Of a stretch of 64,000 bases of DNA, positions 63,713 to 64,000 are shown in pieces. A program made the position numbers and the translations under genes. A model generated the notes under the pieces. The model did not search any database. It was not told the origin of the DNA and saw only the letters and a program-made list of their open reading frames with translations. Source of the DNA: Octopus bimaculoides (taxonomy: Eukaryota); assembly GCF_001194135.2 (NCBI RefSeq), contig NC_068981.1, positions 103,807,468 through 103,871,467 of the forward strand. Direction: 5' to 3'. Position 1 is the stretch's first letter, and each line of letters starts with the position of its first letter.

Positions 63713-64000
63713 TATGTTCTATTTCTTGCATCTTACTTCTTATATATTTCTTATTCTTCTATTTACTTTATTTTCTTACATTATCTTATATCTTTTTATT
63801 CCTTATGTTTGATGGATTATGTTGTATTTCTTATATATGTTTACTGAGGGGGTGTGATATGTTAAGTCGTTAACCCAGCATTTTTATTCTATGACTAATA
63901 CTTTACTCTTGTCTCAATTATTCTGAGCACTTCTCCTTGCAGCCCTGTATAAAATCTATTAGTTTCATAATAAGAAACTATTAATATTACGTACATATAT

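Noticed and set aside
47244-64000. Search for the short next TMEM135 exon (RGLLTIYMANL-like)
   Set aside because: No AG...GT-bounded match was seen. A very short diverged exon could have been missed by eye.

Overview
This is AT-rich, repeat-saturated animal DNA from a gapped draft assembly with 8 N-runs. The SINE, RTE and Penelope families look like those of Octopus/coleoid cephalopods; this is inferred from recognising the repeats, not from a search. The only host-gene sequence I can support is two short + strand exons, 22187-22314 (128 nt) and 47151-47243 (93 nt). They splice in frame across a 24.8-kb intron into a peptide matching the N-terminal half of TMEM135. I found neither the first coding exon nor any later exon, so almost the whole window is probably TMEM135 intron. 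The introns hold at least five tRNA-type SINE families, decayed LINEs (CR1/L2-type and RTE), a Penelope-like RT fragment, a Helitron PIF1 helicase fragment plus a separate Helitron 3' end, Tigger and Tc1/mariner transposase fragments, hAT, piggyBac-type and Kolobok/T2-type MITEs, and many microsatellites. The most interesting observations are a minimal type I hammerhead ribozyme fold next to the Penelope fragment, a LINE/SINE shared 3' stem-loop with compensatory changes, one SINE head joined to two different LINE-derived tails, an unexplained ~800-bp nested inverted-repeat element, and closely spaced inverted SINE pairs in the pre-mRNA. There is no evidence for a prokaryote-type system or an intact novel protein gene. 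Nearly all ORFs in the supplied track are microsatellite, repeat or N-gap translations. Repeat boundaries were read by eye and are approximate unless TSDs or TIRs are quoted.
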